Positions 40,722 through 50,215 are shown, numbered from the stretch's first letter. The stretch is 64,000 nucleotides of DNA from an uncultured Chloroflexia bacterium (GCA_963752475.1 CAVVYR010000007.1:64001-128000), one strand, 5' to 3'. A program made the numbers and translations. Notes: generated from the sequence alone by a model not told the origin.

Positions 40722-41740
40722 ATGGTCAGGCCTCCCATGCCGTCGTCGCCGAAGAGGCGCTCGTGCGTCTGCAGTGCGAAGCGGTCGGTCATGCCGGCGA
40801 TGTAGTCGGCTGCCTGGACCACGCGGTCGGCGTCGTTGTCACGGTAGGTGGCGGGGATGTCCTCGGGATGCCGCAGGTGGTGGTCCATCAGCCGCCGGAT
40901 GATGTCGATGGCGGCGGCCTGCGGCTCGCGCTGCATCGGCGAGAGGTAGACGCGCTCGAACATGAAGTCGCGCAACTCGTTCATGTCGGCCAGGACCTCG
41001 TCGCGCATGCGCACCTCGCCCCACTCCAGTGCGCCTTCGACGACCGCATCGATCATGCCCCCGATCCAGGACGAGCCCGGAACCCCGAAGCGCGCCGTCA
41101 TGGCCATGGGGAACTCGTCCGCGGTGAGGATCCCCGCACGCATGGCGTCGAGCGCGTCATGGGTGAGGTAGGCGATGCGGTCGGCGTAGCGTACGCAGTG
41201 GGCTTCCTGCGTCGTCGGTGGTGGGTCGATCTTCCAGGAGTGGGCCCGGATGCCGTCACGAACCTCCCATGACAGGTTGAGGTCCTCGAGCACCTCGTAG
41301 ATGCGCACCGACTGGGCCGCGTGATGCCAGCCGCCGGCGGTAGGGAAGTAGGGCGACAGGGCCGCTTCGCCGGTATGGCCGAAGGGCGAATGCCCCACGT
41401 CGTGGCCCAGCCCGATGGCCTCGGCCAGCGACTCGTTGAGCGACAGCGCCGCTGCCAGGGCCCGCGCGATCTGCGTCACCCCGATGGTGTGCGTGAGGCG
41501 CGTGACGTAGTGGTCACCCTCGGGGTTCACGAAGACCTGCGTCTTGTGCTTCAGGCGCCGGAAAGCCTTGCTGTGCATGATCCGATCGCGGTCACGCTCG
41601 AAGGCCGTGCGCAACTCGTCCGGCGCCTCCGGTCGAGCCCGGCCCTGCGAATCGACTGCGCGGAAGGCAGCCGCAGCGAGCCGGTCGGCCTCCTCGGCCT
41701 CGCGAGCCGCACGGTCACGCAAGATGAAGCGACTGGTCAT
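40718..41740 (-). CDS. dgt: dGTP triphosphohydrolase-like HD protein
   Basis: RTAFERDRDRIMHSKAFRRLKHKTQVF, TRLTHT, GHDVGHSPFGHTGE, YADRIAY, DYIAGMTDRFA. Confidence 0.9.
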   Translation of the reverse strand: MTSRFILRDRAAREAEEADRLAAAAFRAVDSQGRARPEAPDELRTAFERDRDRIMHSKAFRRLKHKTQVFVNPEGDHYVTRLTHTIGVTQIARALAAALSLNESLAEAIGLGHDVGHSPFGHTGEAALSPYFPTAGGWHHAAQSVRIYEVLEDLNLSWEVRDGIRAHSWKIDPPPTTQEAHCVRYADRIAYLTHDALDAMRAGILTADEFPMAMTARFGVPGSSWIGGMIDAVVEGALEWGEVRMRDEVLADMNELRDFMFERVYLSPMQREPQAAAIDIIRRLMDHHLRHPEDIPATYRDNDADRVVQAADYIAGMTDRFALQTHERLFGDDGMGGLTI

Positions 41741-41751
41741 GCTGGCGATGG

Positions 41752-42618
41752 TCACGCCTTGGAGTCGGCCGCGCTCTCGGCCATGAGGTCGACCTCGGCG
41801 ACGATCCTGGACTCGGAGCCCTCGATGATGCGGCGGCGGATGGTGCCTGAGATGGTGTCCACGATGATGGTCACGATGATGACCACGATGATGGCCGTAC
41901 CCGCCAGGGGCCAACGGCTGAAGGCGATGGTCTGCTGGAGCAAGAAGCCGATGCCGCCGGCGCCGACCACGCCCAGCACGGCGCCGGCACGGATGTTGAT
42001 CTCGAAGCGATAGAGCCAGAAGCCGATGAGCTCCGGCAGCACCTGCGGCAGGACGCCCCAGCGCTGGACCTGCAATCCGCGCCCACCCGCCGCACGCGCC
42101 GCTTCCACGGGCCCGTCATCGATGCTCTCGATGGCTTCGGCCGTCAGCTTGCCCAGCGTGCCCGCGGAGTGGATGCCGATGGCAAGCGCACCGGCCACTG
42201 GTCCGAAGCCCGCGATGGGGATGAAGATGGCGATGGCCAGGATGAGCTCGGGGAAGGCGCGGATGGCGTTGAGGACCTGGCGCATCACGTTGGAGACCAG
42301 CGGACTCGAGACGTTCTTGGCGCCGAGGAAGCCCAGCGGCAGCGAGAGGACCGCGCCGATGATGGTGCCCACCCAGGCCATCTGCAGTGACTCGATCATG
42401 GCCGGGAGGGCCTTCTCGAGGTAGCTCAGGTCGGGCGGGAACATGGCCGTGAAGATCGTCCACAGACCGGACGGGAGCGCGGCCACGTCGGTGATGTCGA
42501 TGTCGACCGTCAGGGCGGCCCACAGGAAGAGCGCGGCGGCCCCGGCGATCCACAGGTTGCGCTTGGTGTTGTCCGGCTTCTGCGGCCGCTCGTTGGCCGT
42601 CGTCACGGGGGTGGTCAT
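41752..42618 (-). CDS. phnE: Phosphonate/phosphate ABC permease
   Basis: RAFPELILA, GTLGKLTAEAIESID, LYRFEINIRAGAVLGVVGAGGIG. Confidence 0.92.
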   Translation of the reverse strand: MTTPVTTANERPQKPDNTKRNLWIAGAAALFLWAALTVDIDITDVAALPSGLWTIFTAMFPPDLSYLEKALPAMIESLQMAWVGTIIGAVLSLPLGFLGAKNVSSPLVSNVMRQVLNAIRAFPELILAIAIFIPIAGFGPVAGALAIGIHSAGTLGKLTAEAIESIDDGPVEAARAAGGRGLQVQRWGVLPQVLPELIGFWLYRFEINIRAGAVLGVVGAGGIGFLLQQTIAFSRWPLAGTAIIVVIIVTIIVDTISGTIRRRIIEGSESRIVAEVDLMAESAADSKA

Positions 42619-43424
42619 CAGACGAGCCTCCGGCGGAGCCGGATGGAGACCAGCTCGATGGCGAAGACGATGACGAAGAGGCAGATGATGATGACCGAGA
42701 CGTTGGACCACTGGAGGAAGCCGTACTGGGTCTTGAGCAGGAAGCCGATGCCCCCGGCTCCCACGAAGCCAAGCACGGTGCTGGCGCGCACGTTCAGCTC
42801 GAAGGCGTAGAGCGAGTAGGCCACGTAGTTGGGCAGCACCTGCGGCAGCACCGACCAGCGCACCATCTGGCTGCGCGAGCTGCCACCGGCGTCAGCCGCC
42901 TCGATGGGCCCGGGGTCGACCCCGTCGACTGACTCGCTCAGCAGCTTGGCTACCACGCCGATGTTGAAGAAGATCAGGGCCATGATGCCGGGCAGGGGAC
43001 CGATGCCCACGGCGGCCACGAAGATGAGCGCATAGAGGAAGTCGGGAATGGCTCGGATGACGCTCAGGATGCCGCGCGTGATGGTCAGCGTCGGCCGGTT
43101 GGGCACCGTCGTGCGCGAGGCGAAGAAGGTGACGGGCAGGGCCAGACCACAACCGATGAAGGCCGCGATGACGGCGATCTGGAGGGTCTCGATCATGGGC
43201 TCGACGACGCGCGGCAGGAAGTCCCAGTTGGGTGCCAGCAGCTGGCGGATGATGACCTCGCCGTTGCCCAGGTCCTCGATGATGGCGCCGATGTCCAGGC
43301 CGATGCCCCAGCGTTCGCTGGTCGAGATGAGCGTGATGGCCACGAAGGCCACGAAACCGACGAGGACCGTCTTCGAACGAGGTGGCTTCTGGGGTCGGCG
43401 GCTGACCTGGGCGGCGCTGGTCAC
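42618..43424 (-). CDS. phnE: Phosphonate/phosphate ABC permease
   Basis: RAIPDFLYAL, AKLLSESVDGVD, YAFELNVRASTVLGFVGAGGIG. Confidence 0.92.
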   Translation of the reverse strand: MTSAAQVSRRPQKPPRSKTVLVGFVAFVAITLISTSERWGIGLDIGAIIEDLGNGEVIIRQLLAPNWDFLPRVVEPMIETLQIAVIAAFIGCGLALPVTFFASRTTVPNRPTLTITRGILSVIRAIPDFLYALIFVAAVGIGPLPGIMALIFFNIGVVAKLLSESVDGVDPGPIEAADAGGSSRSQMVRWSVLPQVLPNYVAYSLYAFELNVRASTVLGFVGAGGIGFLLKTQYGFLQWSNVSVIIICLFVIVFAIELVSIRLRRRLV

Positions 43425-44215
43425 GCGCTGATGGTGGCGGGAGCGACCTCGGGCTCGCCCATGACGTCGTCGGCGGTCAGCGAGCGGCCGTAGATGTCGC
43501 GGAAGACGTTCTCATCCGCCATCTCGCCGGTGCCGTCGTACACCAGCTCGCCGGCTCGCAGGCCGATGATGCGGTCGCCGTACTTCTTGGCCAGGTCGAG
43601 GAAGTGCAGGTTGACGATGGTGGTGATGCCGAGGTCGCGGTTGATGCGCTGGAGGTCGCGCATGACCACGTGGCTGGTGGGCGGGTCAAGGCTGGCCACG
43701 GGCTCGTCGGCGAGCAGGATCGAGGGGTCTTGCGCCAGGGCCCGGGCGATGCCCACTCGCTGCTGCTGTCCACCGCTGAGGTTGGACGCACGCACGTAGG
43801 CCTTCTCCACGATGTCGACGCGCTCGAGCGCTCGCATCGCGACCTCGACGTCCTCCGGCTTGTACCAGCCGAGGAGCGAGCGCCAGGTGCTGGTCTCGTG
43901 GAGCCGTCCCATGAGCACGTTGTTGAGCACGCTCGTGCGCTTCACGAGGTTGAAGGTCTGGAAGATCATGCCGATGTGCGAGCGCAGCTCGCGCATCTGC
44001 TTGGACGAGGCGCTGCGCACGCTCATGCCGTCGATGGTGCAGTCGCCATCGGTCAGCGGCACGAGGCCGTTCACGGCGCGGATGAGCGTGGACTTGCCCG
44101 CACCGGAGAGGCCCACGATGACGATCATCTCGCCGTCGGGGATCTCCAGCGTCAGATCCTTCAGGGCGTGCACGCCACCGGGATAGGTGACCGACGCGTT
44201 CTCGAACTTGATCAT
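43421..44215 (-). CDS. phnC: Phosphonate ABC ATP-binding protein
   Basis: GLSGAGKST, LSGGQQQRVGIARAL, ADEPVASLDP, NLH. Confidence 0.94.
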   Translation of the reverse strand: MIKFENASVTYPGGVHALKDLTLEIPDGEMIVIVGLSGAGKSTLIRAVNGLVPLTDGDCTIDGMSVRSASSKQMRELRSHIGMIFQTFNLVKRTSVLNNVLMGRLHETSTWRSLLGWYKPEDVEVAMRALERVDIVEKAYVRASNLSGGQQQRVGIARALAQDPSILLADEPVASLDPPTSHVVMRDLQRINRDLGITTIVNLHFLDLAKKYGDRIIGLRAGELVYDGTGEMADENVFRDIYGRSLTADDVMGEPEVAPATISA

Positions 44216-44232
44216 GTGATAGTCAAGGAGAA

Positions 44233-44259
44233 CAGGCGGGTCCGTGATGGACCCGCCTG
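44233..44259. terminator. Hairpin between phnD and phnC
   Basis: CAGGCGGGTCC GTGAT GGACCCGCCTG perfect inverted repeat. Confidence 0.6.
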
Positions 44260-44275
44260 GTTCACAGCTGCCTTG

Positions 44276-45277
44276 CTAGGAGCCGTAGCCGAGGTTCTCC
44301 ACGGCATCGCGGATGATCTGCAGCGACTCCTGGTTGGGCTCGCCGAAGGCGTTGATGTTGTAGATCGTGTCGAGCACGAAGGCGCCGTCTTCGGTGGCTG
44401 CGTAGTCGAGCATGGCCTGCTTGATGTTGGCCTTGAGCTCGTCCGAGAGGTCGCCCGAGACGACGAAGCCGTCGTTGGGGATCTCCGGCCCGTAGGCGAA
44501 GGTGACCACCTCACTGCCGACGTCGCACGGCGTCTCGGCGTCGCTGCGGGCGTCGTCGTAGCTCACGCCGACCTCGGCCTGGCCCAGGCAGACGGCGATG
44601 ACCGAGGCGGTGTGGCCGCCGGAGAAGACCGCTTCGAGGTCGCTCTCGGCGTCGAGGCCCAGGGTCGAGAAGATGGTGGCCGGGAAGATGAAGCCGGACG
44701 AGGAGGTCGGCTCGGTGAAGGCGACCGAGGTGCCCGGCTCGATGAGGGACACGGCCTCGTCGATGGCGATAGGCCCGACTGGCGACTCATCGAAGGCGCG
44801 GTCGGTGCCGTTGCAGTTGAGGTACGTCACCATCACGTACTCATCGTCGACCGTCTCGCGACGCTCGTTCTCGACGACCTCATCGAGGCAGTACTTGTCC
44901 GGGTTGTTGGTGATGAACTGGGTGTGATAGGAGGGGCTGCCGAAGCGTTCGGACTGCAAGATCATCTCCGCGCCGGCCACGTCCACGGCCTGCACCAGGC
45001 CGAAGGGCGGCATCGCGCCGATATGGGCCTGGCCGGTCTGCAGGGCCGTCACGAGGGCGGTGTAGTCACTGGAGACGAAGCCCTCGACGGGGACGCCCAG
45101 GGTGTCGGTCAGGTAGTCCGCCAGCGGCTGGATGTCGTCGATCAGCGCGCCGGCCTCGACCGACGGCACGAAGCCGATGACCAGCTCTTCGGGGTCTTCG
45201 GCTGCCGCGGGACTGGCGAACGCGGTTGCGGCCAGGGCTACGGCAGGTAGGAGGGCAAGGGAGCGGCGTCGGGACAT
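44276..45277 (-). CDS. phnD: Phosphonate/phosphate ABC substrate-binding protein
   Basis: LVIGFVPS, DYTALVTAL, TSSSGFIFP, GGHTASV, IPNDG; signal peptide. Confidence 0.88.
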   Translation of the reverse strand: MSRRRSLALLPAVALAATAFASPAAAEDPEELVIGFVPSVEAGALIDDIQPLADYLTDTLGVPVEGFVSSDYTALVTALQTGQAHIGAMPPFGLVQAVDVAGAEMILQSERFGSPSYHTQFITNNPDKYCLDEVVENERRETVDDEYVMVTYLNCNGTDRAFDESPVGPIAIDEAVSLIEPGTSVAFTEPTSSSGFIFPATIFSTLGLDAESDLEAVFSGGHTASVIAVCLGQAEVGVSYDDARSDAETPCDVGSEVVTFAYGPEIPNDGFVVSGDLSDELKANIKQAMLDYAATEDGAFVLDTIYNINAFGEPNQESLQIIRDAVENLGYGS

Positions 45278-45441
45278 CAAGTCTCCTCCGATGTCAGTAC
45301 CCGCGGGCACGAGCGGGCGTCGCGTCCGGGCCGACGCGTGCGCACGGTGTTCACACGACGTTCATCGGGTCTTGCCCGGACGCCACCTAGTCTAGTCCGG
45401 CTGCGCGGTCGGGTCGTCCCGATTCGGACGACCCGGGTCGA

Positions 45442-46815
45442 TCACTCGGGCAGCTTGTCCACGATATGCTCGGTCAGCAGCTCGGCGACCTCCGCCCCCG
45501 ACACGCTCATGGGCCTGTCATAGGAGTAGGGCTCCACGGTCATGTCGAGCACCTGGTCACCGGGCAGCTGGACGCGGAAGTTGACCGACCCTTCGGTGAA
45601 GGTGTCGCTCATCTCGAGCGCGGGCAGTCCGGCGAGCGTCGTCTCCTCGGCGTCGGGGTAGAACATCAGGGAGTCGTCCAGCTGACCCTCGCTGACGTAG
45701 ACCCGGACGCGCATCGAGTCGGTCGAATCGAAGTTGCAGGCGTCGCTGCTGACGTTCCCGGACTGGATGGGTAGGCCTATCGCCGCTTCATAGTCGGCGG
45801 CGAAGCCGAGGTCGCAGAGCAGCGGCTTCACCGGGGCGATGAGGCTCTCGCGTGACTCGATGACGCGAGGCACGAAGATCTCCGCCACAGCCGCCGTCTG
45901 CTCGATCCAGTCGTAGCCCTCGGGTGTCTCCTGGGGCGGCCAAACCTGCACGTTGAGCACGTCCGGGCCGGCCTGCACCAGCATCTGGGAGTTCTCCTGG
46001 TCCGCGGTGAAGGCCGGGGCGCCGGCCACGTCCACTTCGGTGTCGTAGCCGTAGGCGTTGGCGGCGTAGGCGACGTCAGCGTCGAGCTCGACCACCACGT
46101 TCGTGCTGTGACCGGTCTCCCAGTTGGAGAAGGTACAGGTCGTCAGCTCCCAGCCGCTGCTGTCCAGGTATTCCAGCTGGCCTGCGGCGGTCAGCTCCTC
46201 CGGCGTGGCCAGGGCGCAGACCCCTTCGGCCGCGGGTTGGGTCACGGTGAAGTCGTCCTCGAAGTCGACCTCATCCTGAGGGGCCTCGCCCAGGCCGCCA
46301 CAGACGACCCACTCGCCGTCCTCCTTGACCACGGTCAGCTCGGAGTCCAGCGGCATCGTCTGCGTCAGGGCCATCTCCAGGAAGGGCAGCATCATCTCGA
46401 GGTCCTCATCGCTGACCTCCTCCATGTCCGCCTCCAGCAGGGCCCGGGCCACGTCCTCGATGGGCATGTCGCCGGTCTCCATCGACATCGTGCCCGTGAC
46501 CTTGACCGTGGCGCTGTCACCATCTTCGCTCACGAGCTCGATGCCCACGTCCTCATAGGCGAACGTGAGCAGGTCGCGGGCGCCGTCGAAGCCCATGGCC
46601 TCACCCGGGTCAAGTGCCTCGATCACGACCTCGCGCTCGGCTTCACAGATGAGGGATTCGAGATCCTCGTACGCACCTGCCTCGACCGCATCGAGCAAGG
46701 CTTGGGCGGCGGCTTCGGGATCGTCGGCTGCGGTGACGGGCGCACCCGCGGCGACGGCGAGTGACAGGGACAAGGCCGCGGCGATTCCGGCGGCGCGGGA
46801 ACGGATGGGGAGCAT
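45442..46815 (-). CDS. Large secreted acidic protein with Cys-paired modules
   Basis: ATG at 46815 after AGGAGG; signal peptide; VKEDGEWVVC and repeated C..C modules. Confidence 0.7.
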   Translation of the reverse strand: MLPIRSRAAGIAAALSLSLAVAAGAPVTAADDPEAAAQALLDAVEAGAYEDLESLICEAEREVVIEALDPGEAMGFDGARDLLTFAYEDVGIELVSEDGDSATVKVTGTMSMETGDMPIEDVARALLEADMEEVSDEDLEMMLPFLEMALTQTMPLDSELTVVKEDGEWVVCGGLGEAPQDEVDFEDDFTVTQPAAEGVCALATPEELTAAGQLEYLDSSGWELTTCTFSNWETGHSTNVVVELDADVAYAANAYGYDTEVDVAGAPAFTADQENSQMLVQAGPDVLNVQVWPPQETPEGYDWIEQTAAVAEIFVPRVIESRESLIAPVKPLLCDLGFAADYEAAIGLPIQSGNVSSDACNFDSTDSMRVRVYVSEGQLDDSLMFYPDAEETTLAGLPALEMSDTFTEGSVNFRVQLPGDQVLDMTVEPYSYDRPMSVSGAEVAELLTEHIVDKLPE

Positions 46816-46883
46816 CGGGTCCTCCTGCGTCAGAGGGGCCGATGGTAGCCGAGCCTGGGCCCTGTAGGGAAGGGCCTTGCTGT

Positions 46884-47774
46884 TCAGCTCGACGACGTCG
46901 CCGTGGCGCGGGCGCCGACCCACCGGTGGTAGTGACCGAAGGCGAACACCAGCAGCGTGTCGAAGCGCTCCTCGATGTCGTCGCGCTTGAGCGCCACCGA
47001 GGCGGTCAGCAGGGCCAGGCTGCCCCACCAGATGACAGGCATGACCAGGAGCACGCCGATGGGCAGCAGCCAGCGCATGTCGCGCCAGGCGGCGAAGATG
47101 ATCAGCCCGACCGCGAAGGGCAGGCGCACGATCAACGGGATCGGCACCGAGCCGGGCACGGTGCTCGAACCGGTACTGCTCATGAGCAGCTGGAACCAGT
47201 CGGCCCAGAGACCAGGAGTGAACAGGGCCACGGCGGCGATGACCACGAGGGTGGCGGCGATGGCGATAGCCAGGTTGAGCCACTCACGACGCACGGCGAA
47301 CCAGAGGATGCCCAGACCGGGTGTGACCTTCGTGAGCAGGGGGAAGGCCCAGGCCCACGGCCGGCTGAAGCCGAGCACGATGGCCGCCGCGAGCAGGATG
47401 GTGATGTTGCCGCCCCAGATCTCCGGCAGGGCCAGCAGCAAGAGCGGCAGGAAGAGCAGCGGCCGGGCCAGCCAGAAGAGGACCACCAGCAGGCCTGCGG
47501 TCCAGATGCCCAGGAACAGGGGCCACGAGAGGGCGCGCAGCGGGCTCAGCAGCCAGATGAAGGCCGGCGAATAGAGGTAGGCCGACTCCTGGCCGACCGA
47601 GCCCGGGACATAGGGATCATCGAGTGGCGTCGACCAGTAGGCGCGAGCGTCATGGCCGGGCCCGAAGCTGTCCGGCTGGAAGGGCTCGGCCAACGCGACC
47701 ATGAGCACCACCAGTCCGACGGCGACGAGTACTCCCCAGACGCCGACGATGCGCCGGATCGACTCGGACGTCAC
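46884..47774 (-). CDS. GT87/DUF2029 polyprenyl-dependent glycosyltransferase
   Basis: HDARAYW, YLYSPAF, GNITILL, LTKVTPG; multi-TM. Confidence 0.8.
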   Translation of the reverse strand: MTSESIRRIVGVWGVLVAVGLVVLMVALAEPFQPDSFGPGHDARAYWSTPLDDPYVPGSVGQESAYLYSPAFIWLLSPLRALSWPLFLGIWTAGLLVVLFWLARPLLFLPLLLLALPEIWGGNITILLAAAIVLGFSRPWAWAFPLLTKVTPGLGILWFAVRREWLNLAIAIAATLVVIAAVALFTPGLWADWFQLLMSSTGSSTVPGSVPIPLIVRLPFAVGLIIFAAWRDMRWLLPIGVLLVMPVIWWGSLALLTASVALKRDDIEERFDTLLVFAFGHYHRWVGARATATSSS

Positions 47775-47790
47775 GCGACCGGATCCCTCG

Positions 47791-48996
47791 CTACTTGCTG
47801 TACGGGCTGGTCATGGCGTCGACGCTGTGACCCAGCATCAACGGCTTGCCCAGGAGCTCGTCATAGCTGGGTCGCAGCCGCGCGACGTCGTAGAGCTGGT
47901 CGATATCGACCGACACGGCCGTGTCGTCCTGGCTGGGCAGGGTGGAGTGGCCGTAGCGGCCGTCGCGGACGGCCAGCATGCGTCCGCGCTGACCGTTGGC
48001 GATGAGCTCGACGGCGATGTTGGCGAAGCTGGTCGAGACGAAGATGTCGACGAGGTCCGGCTCGCCCGAGCGCAGGTCGTAGGTCAGGTCCGAGTGGATG
48101 GTATCGATGCCCGTCAGGGCCTTGATCTGTGACGCCAGGATCTCGGACACGTTGGCCTTGTGTCGATGGCCGAAGGCATCGGGCTCTCCCACCTCGCCGA
48201 TCTCACCCCCCTCCCACACGGCGCCCTCGGAGGTGATGACGATGGCGTAGTGGCTCTGGTTGAGCTCGTGGTCGGCGGCCAGCAGCTCGGCGAGGTGCTT
48301 GATGTCGTAGCGGTACTCCGGGATGACGCAGCGCGAAGCCGTGGCGAAGGCCGTGTACAGCGAGGTGAAGCCGGCGTCGCGGCCGAAGACGCGGAACACG
48401 CCGATGCGCTCGTGCGAGCCGATGGTCGTGCGCTGCCGGTTGATGGCGTCCTTGGCCCGCGTGATGGCCGTCGAGAAGCCGATGCAGTACTCGGTGCCCT
48501 GCACGTCGTTGTCCATGGTCTTGGGCACGGCGATGATGTCCATGCCCGCATCGTGCAGGGAGCGACTGTAGCTGAGGGTATCGTCGCCGCCGATGGGCAC
48601 GAGATAGTCGAGCCCGAGCTTCTCGATGTTGTCCATCACCAGGGGCGTGATGTCGTAGCGATCCTCGCCCGTCTTGAACGAAGCCACCCGCTTCTGGTCG
48701 AGCGTTGGTGGCAGGGCCGCAGCCTTCATCTTGCGCGGGTTCGTGCGCGAGCTGTGAAGCCAGGTGCCGCCGGTGCGATCGATCTTGCGCGTGTTCTCGA
48801 GGTCCAGGGGCACGATGTAGCGCTCGTCGTCCATGCCCTTGTCAGGCGAGAGGTGCGTGAGGCCTTCCCATCCTCGTCGGATGCCCACGACCTCGAAGCC
48901 CATCTCGTGAGCCCGGTAGGTGACGCCCTTGATGACGCCGTTCAGTCCCGGGACGTCGCCGCCGCCGGTGAGGATGCCGATCCTCTTCTTGGCCAT
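47791..48996 (-). CDS. pfkA: 6-phosphofructokinase (PPi-type signature)
   Basis: ILTGGGDVPGLN, GGTWLHSSRTNP, IGGDDT, PKTMDND, FGRDAG. Confidence 0.9.
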   Translation of the reverse strand: MAKKRIGILTGGGDVPGLNGVIKGVTYRAHEMGFEVVGIRRGWEGLTHLSPDKGMDDERYIVPLDLENTRKIDRTGGTWLHSSRTNPRKMKAAALPPTLDQKRVASFKTGEDRYDITPLVMDNIEKLGLDYLVPIGGDDTLSYSRSLHDAGMDIIAVPKTMDNDVQGTEYCIGFSTAITRAKDAINRQRTTIGSHERIGVFRVFGRDAGFTSLYTAFATASRCVIPEYRYDIKHLAELLAADHELNQSHYAIVITSEGAVWEGGEIGEVGEPDAFGHRHKANVSEILASQIKALTGIDTIHSDLTYDLRSGEPDLVDIFVSTSFANIAVELIANGQRGRMLAVRDGRYGHSTLPSQDDTAVSVDIDQLYDVARLRPSYDELLGKPLMLGHSVDAMTSPYSK

Positions 48997-49157
48997 ATCG
49001 TTCTCCGTTCCCCTCAGTACGAACGCTCACGCGCGCGAGCGTTCGGTGTCGATCATGTGGGTGGGTTGCTGAACCACGATGGTACCGCCTTGGCCAGTTG
49101 TTACGATGGGGCCAAGGGCCCGAACGATGCCCTCCAAGAGGACTGCCCAGCACCGCC

Positions 49158-49610
49158 ATGCACTACGAGCTGTACATGCGCGCCGCACTCGCCGAAGCTG
49201 CTCAGGCTCGCCGGTCGGGTGAACGCGCCAACGGCGCCGTGGCTGTGCTCGACGAGGCCATGATCGCGCACGGCCGCGAGTCCGTGATCAACAGCGGCGA
49301 TCCCACGGCGCACGCGGTCATCATCGCGCTGCGCGAGGCGGCCACCAAGTTGGCCCGTCCGTCGCTACAGGGAACGACCATCTTCACGGTCGTCGAGCCT
49401 TGCCCCATGTGCGTCGGGGCTTTGCTCACATGTGATGCTGATGGCGTGGTCTTCGCGCTGTCCGACCCCGAGGACGGCGCCTGCCTCTCGGCCATGAAGA
49501 TGGCTGACGGATCCGGCGTGAACCGCCGGCTGCAAGTCGTGTCGGGCATCCTGCAGGACGATGCAGCCGAGCTTCGTCCGGACCTGGCGGCCGAGGGCAC
49601 GCGCACCTAG
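49158..49610 (+). CDS. tadA: TadA-like deaminase lacking the catalytic Glu (HAV)
   Basis: YMRAALAEA, DPTAHAVIIALREA, TVVEPCPMCVGAL; tadA-like position upstream of tRNA-Ser/ffs/dnaX. Confidence 0.85.
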   Translation: MHYELYMRAALAEAAQARRSGERANGAVAVLDEAMIAHGRESVINSGDPTAHAVIIALREAATKLARPSLQGTTIFTVVEPCPMCVGALLTCDADGVVFALSDPEDGACLSAMKMADGSGVNRRLQVVSGILQDDAAELRPDLAAEGTRT

Positions 49611-49630
49611 GACCCTCGTCTGACGCCCTC

Positions 49631-49698
49631 GCCCGCAGCGGGGTGTTCTTGCCGTTGTCCCGCCTTCGTGCCCGCAGCGGGGTGTTCTGCCGTTGTTC
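49631..49698. repeat. Tandem repeat, 39-bp period, 2 copies
   Basis: GCCCGCAGCGGGGTGTTCT(T)GCCGTTGT at 49631 and 49670. Confidence 0.75.
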
Positions 49699-49883
49699 GG
49701 AGGGGCCGCGCGCGCCTCGCCGTCGCTCCCGGCCCGGCGTCCTCCTTATGGACACCTGTCGCTCCCACCGACCGTAGGCAAGCTCGTAGCCACCCTCAGC
49801 ACTGCCGAACAGCTCGTGGTCGCAGATCCCGAGCGTGTGTGGGCATGAACGGGAGGCGCGGCGGTGGCCGAGGACCATGATCC

Positions 49884-49983
49884 GGCCCAAGCAGTCGGAC
49901 TACCGTCGACCCCGCCGACAGGCGGCTACAAGGAACGGCCGAGCAGGCCGATACCGTCGAGCTGGGCGACATCTGGCTACAAG
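49884..49983. repeat. Degenerate tandem repeat, ~51-bp period, 2 copies
   Basis: TACCGTCGA...CGACA...GGCTACAAG at ~49901 and ~49952. Confidence 0.6.
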
Positions 49984-50129
49984 TCGGGCACATCGGCCGA
50001 TGCCGTCGGTGGGGGCGACGTTCGCCGGCGTCGCGACCGGCGACGGCACTCCGCGGACGTCAGGGACCATGCTCGGGACCTTCGTTCGGCACGCCATCGG
50101 GCGAGGCTTTGCTAGACTCCCCGCTACCC

Positions 50130-50215
<86 letters not shown>

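Noticed and set aside
45387-45398. CTAGTCTAGTCC upstream of phnD identical to part of the TA2 promoter
   Set aside because: Explained as the common -10 element TAGACT on minus; lacks the GACTTAGTC palindrome
49631-49983. CRISPR array
   Set aside because: Only two copies per unit, short or conserved intervening sequence, no cas genes
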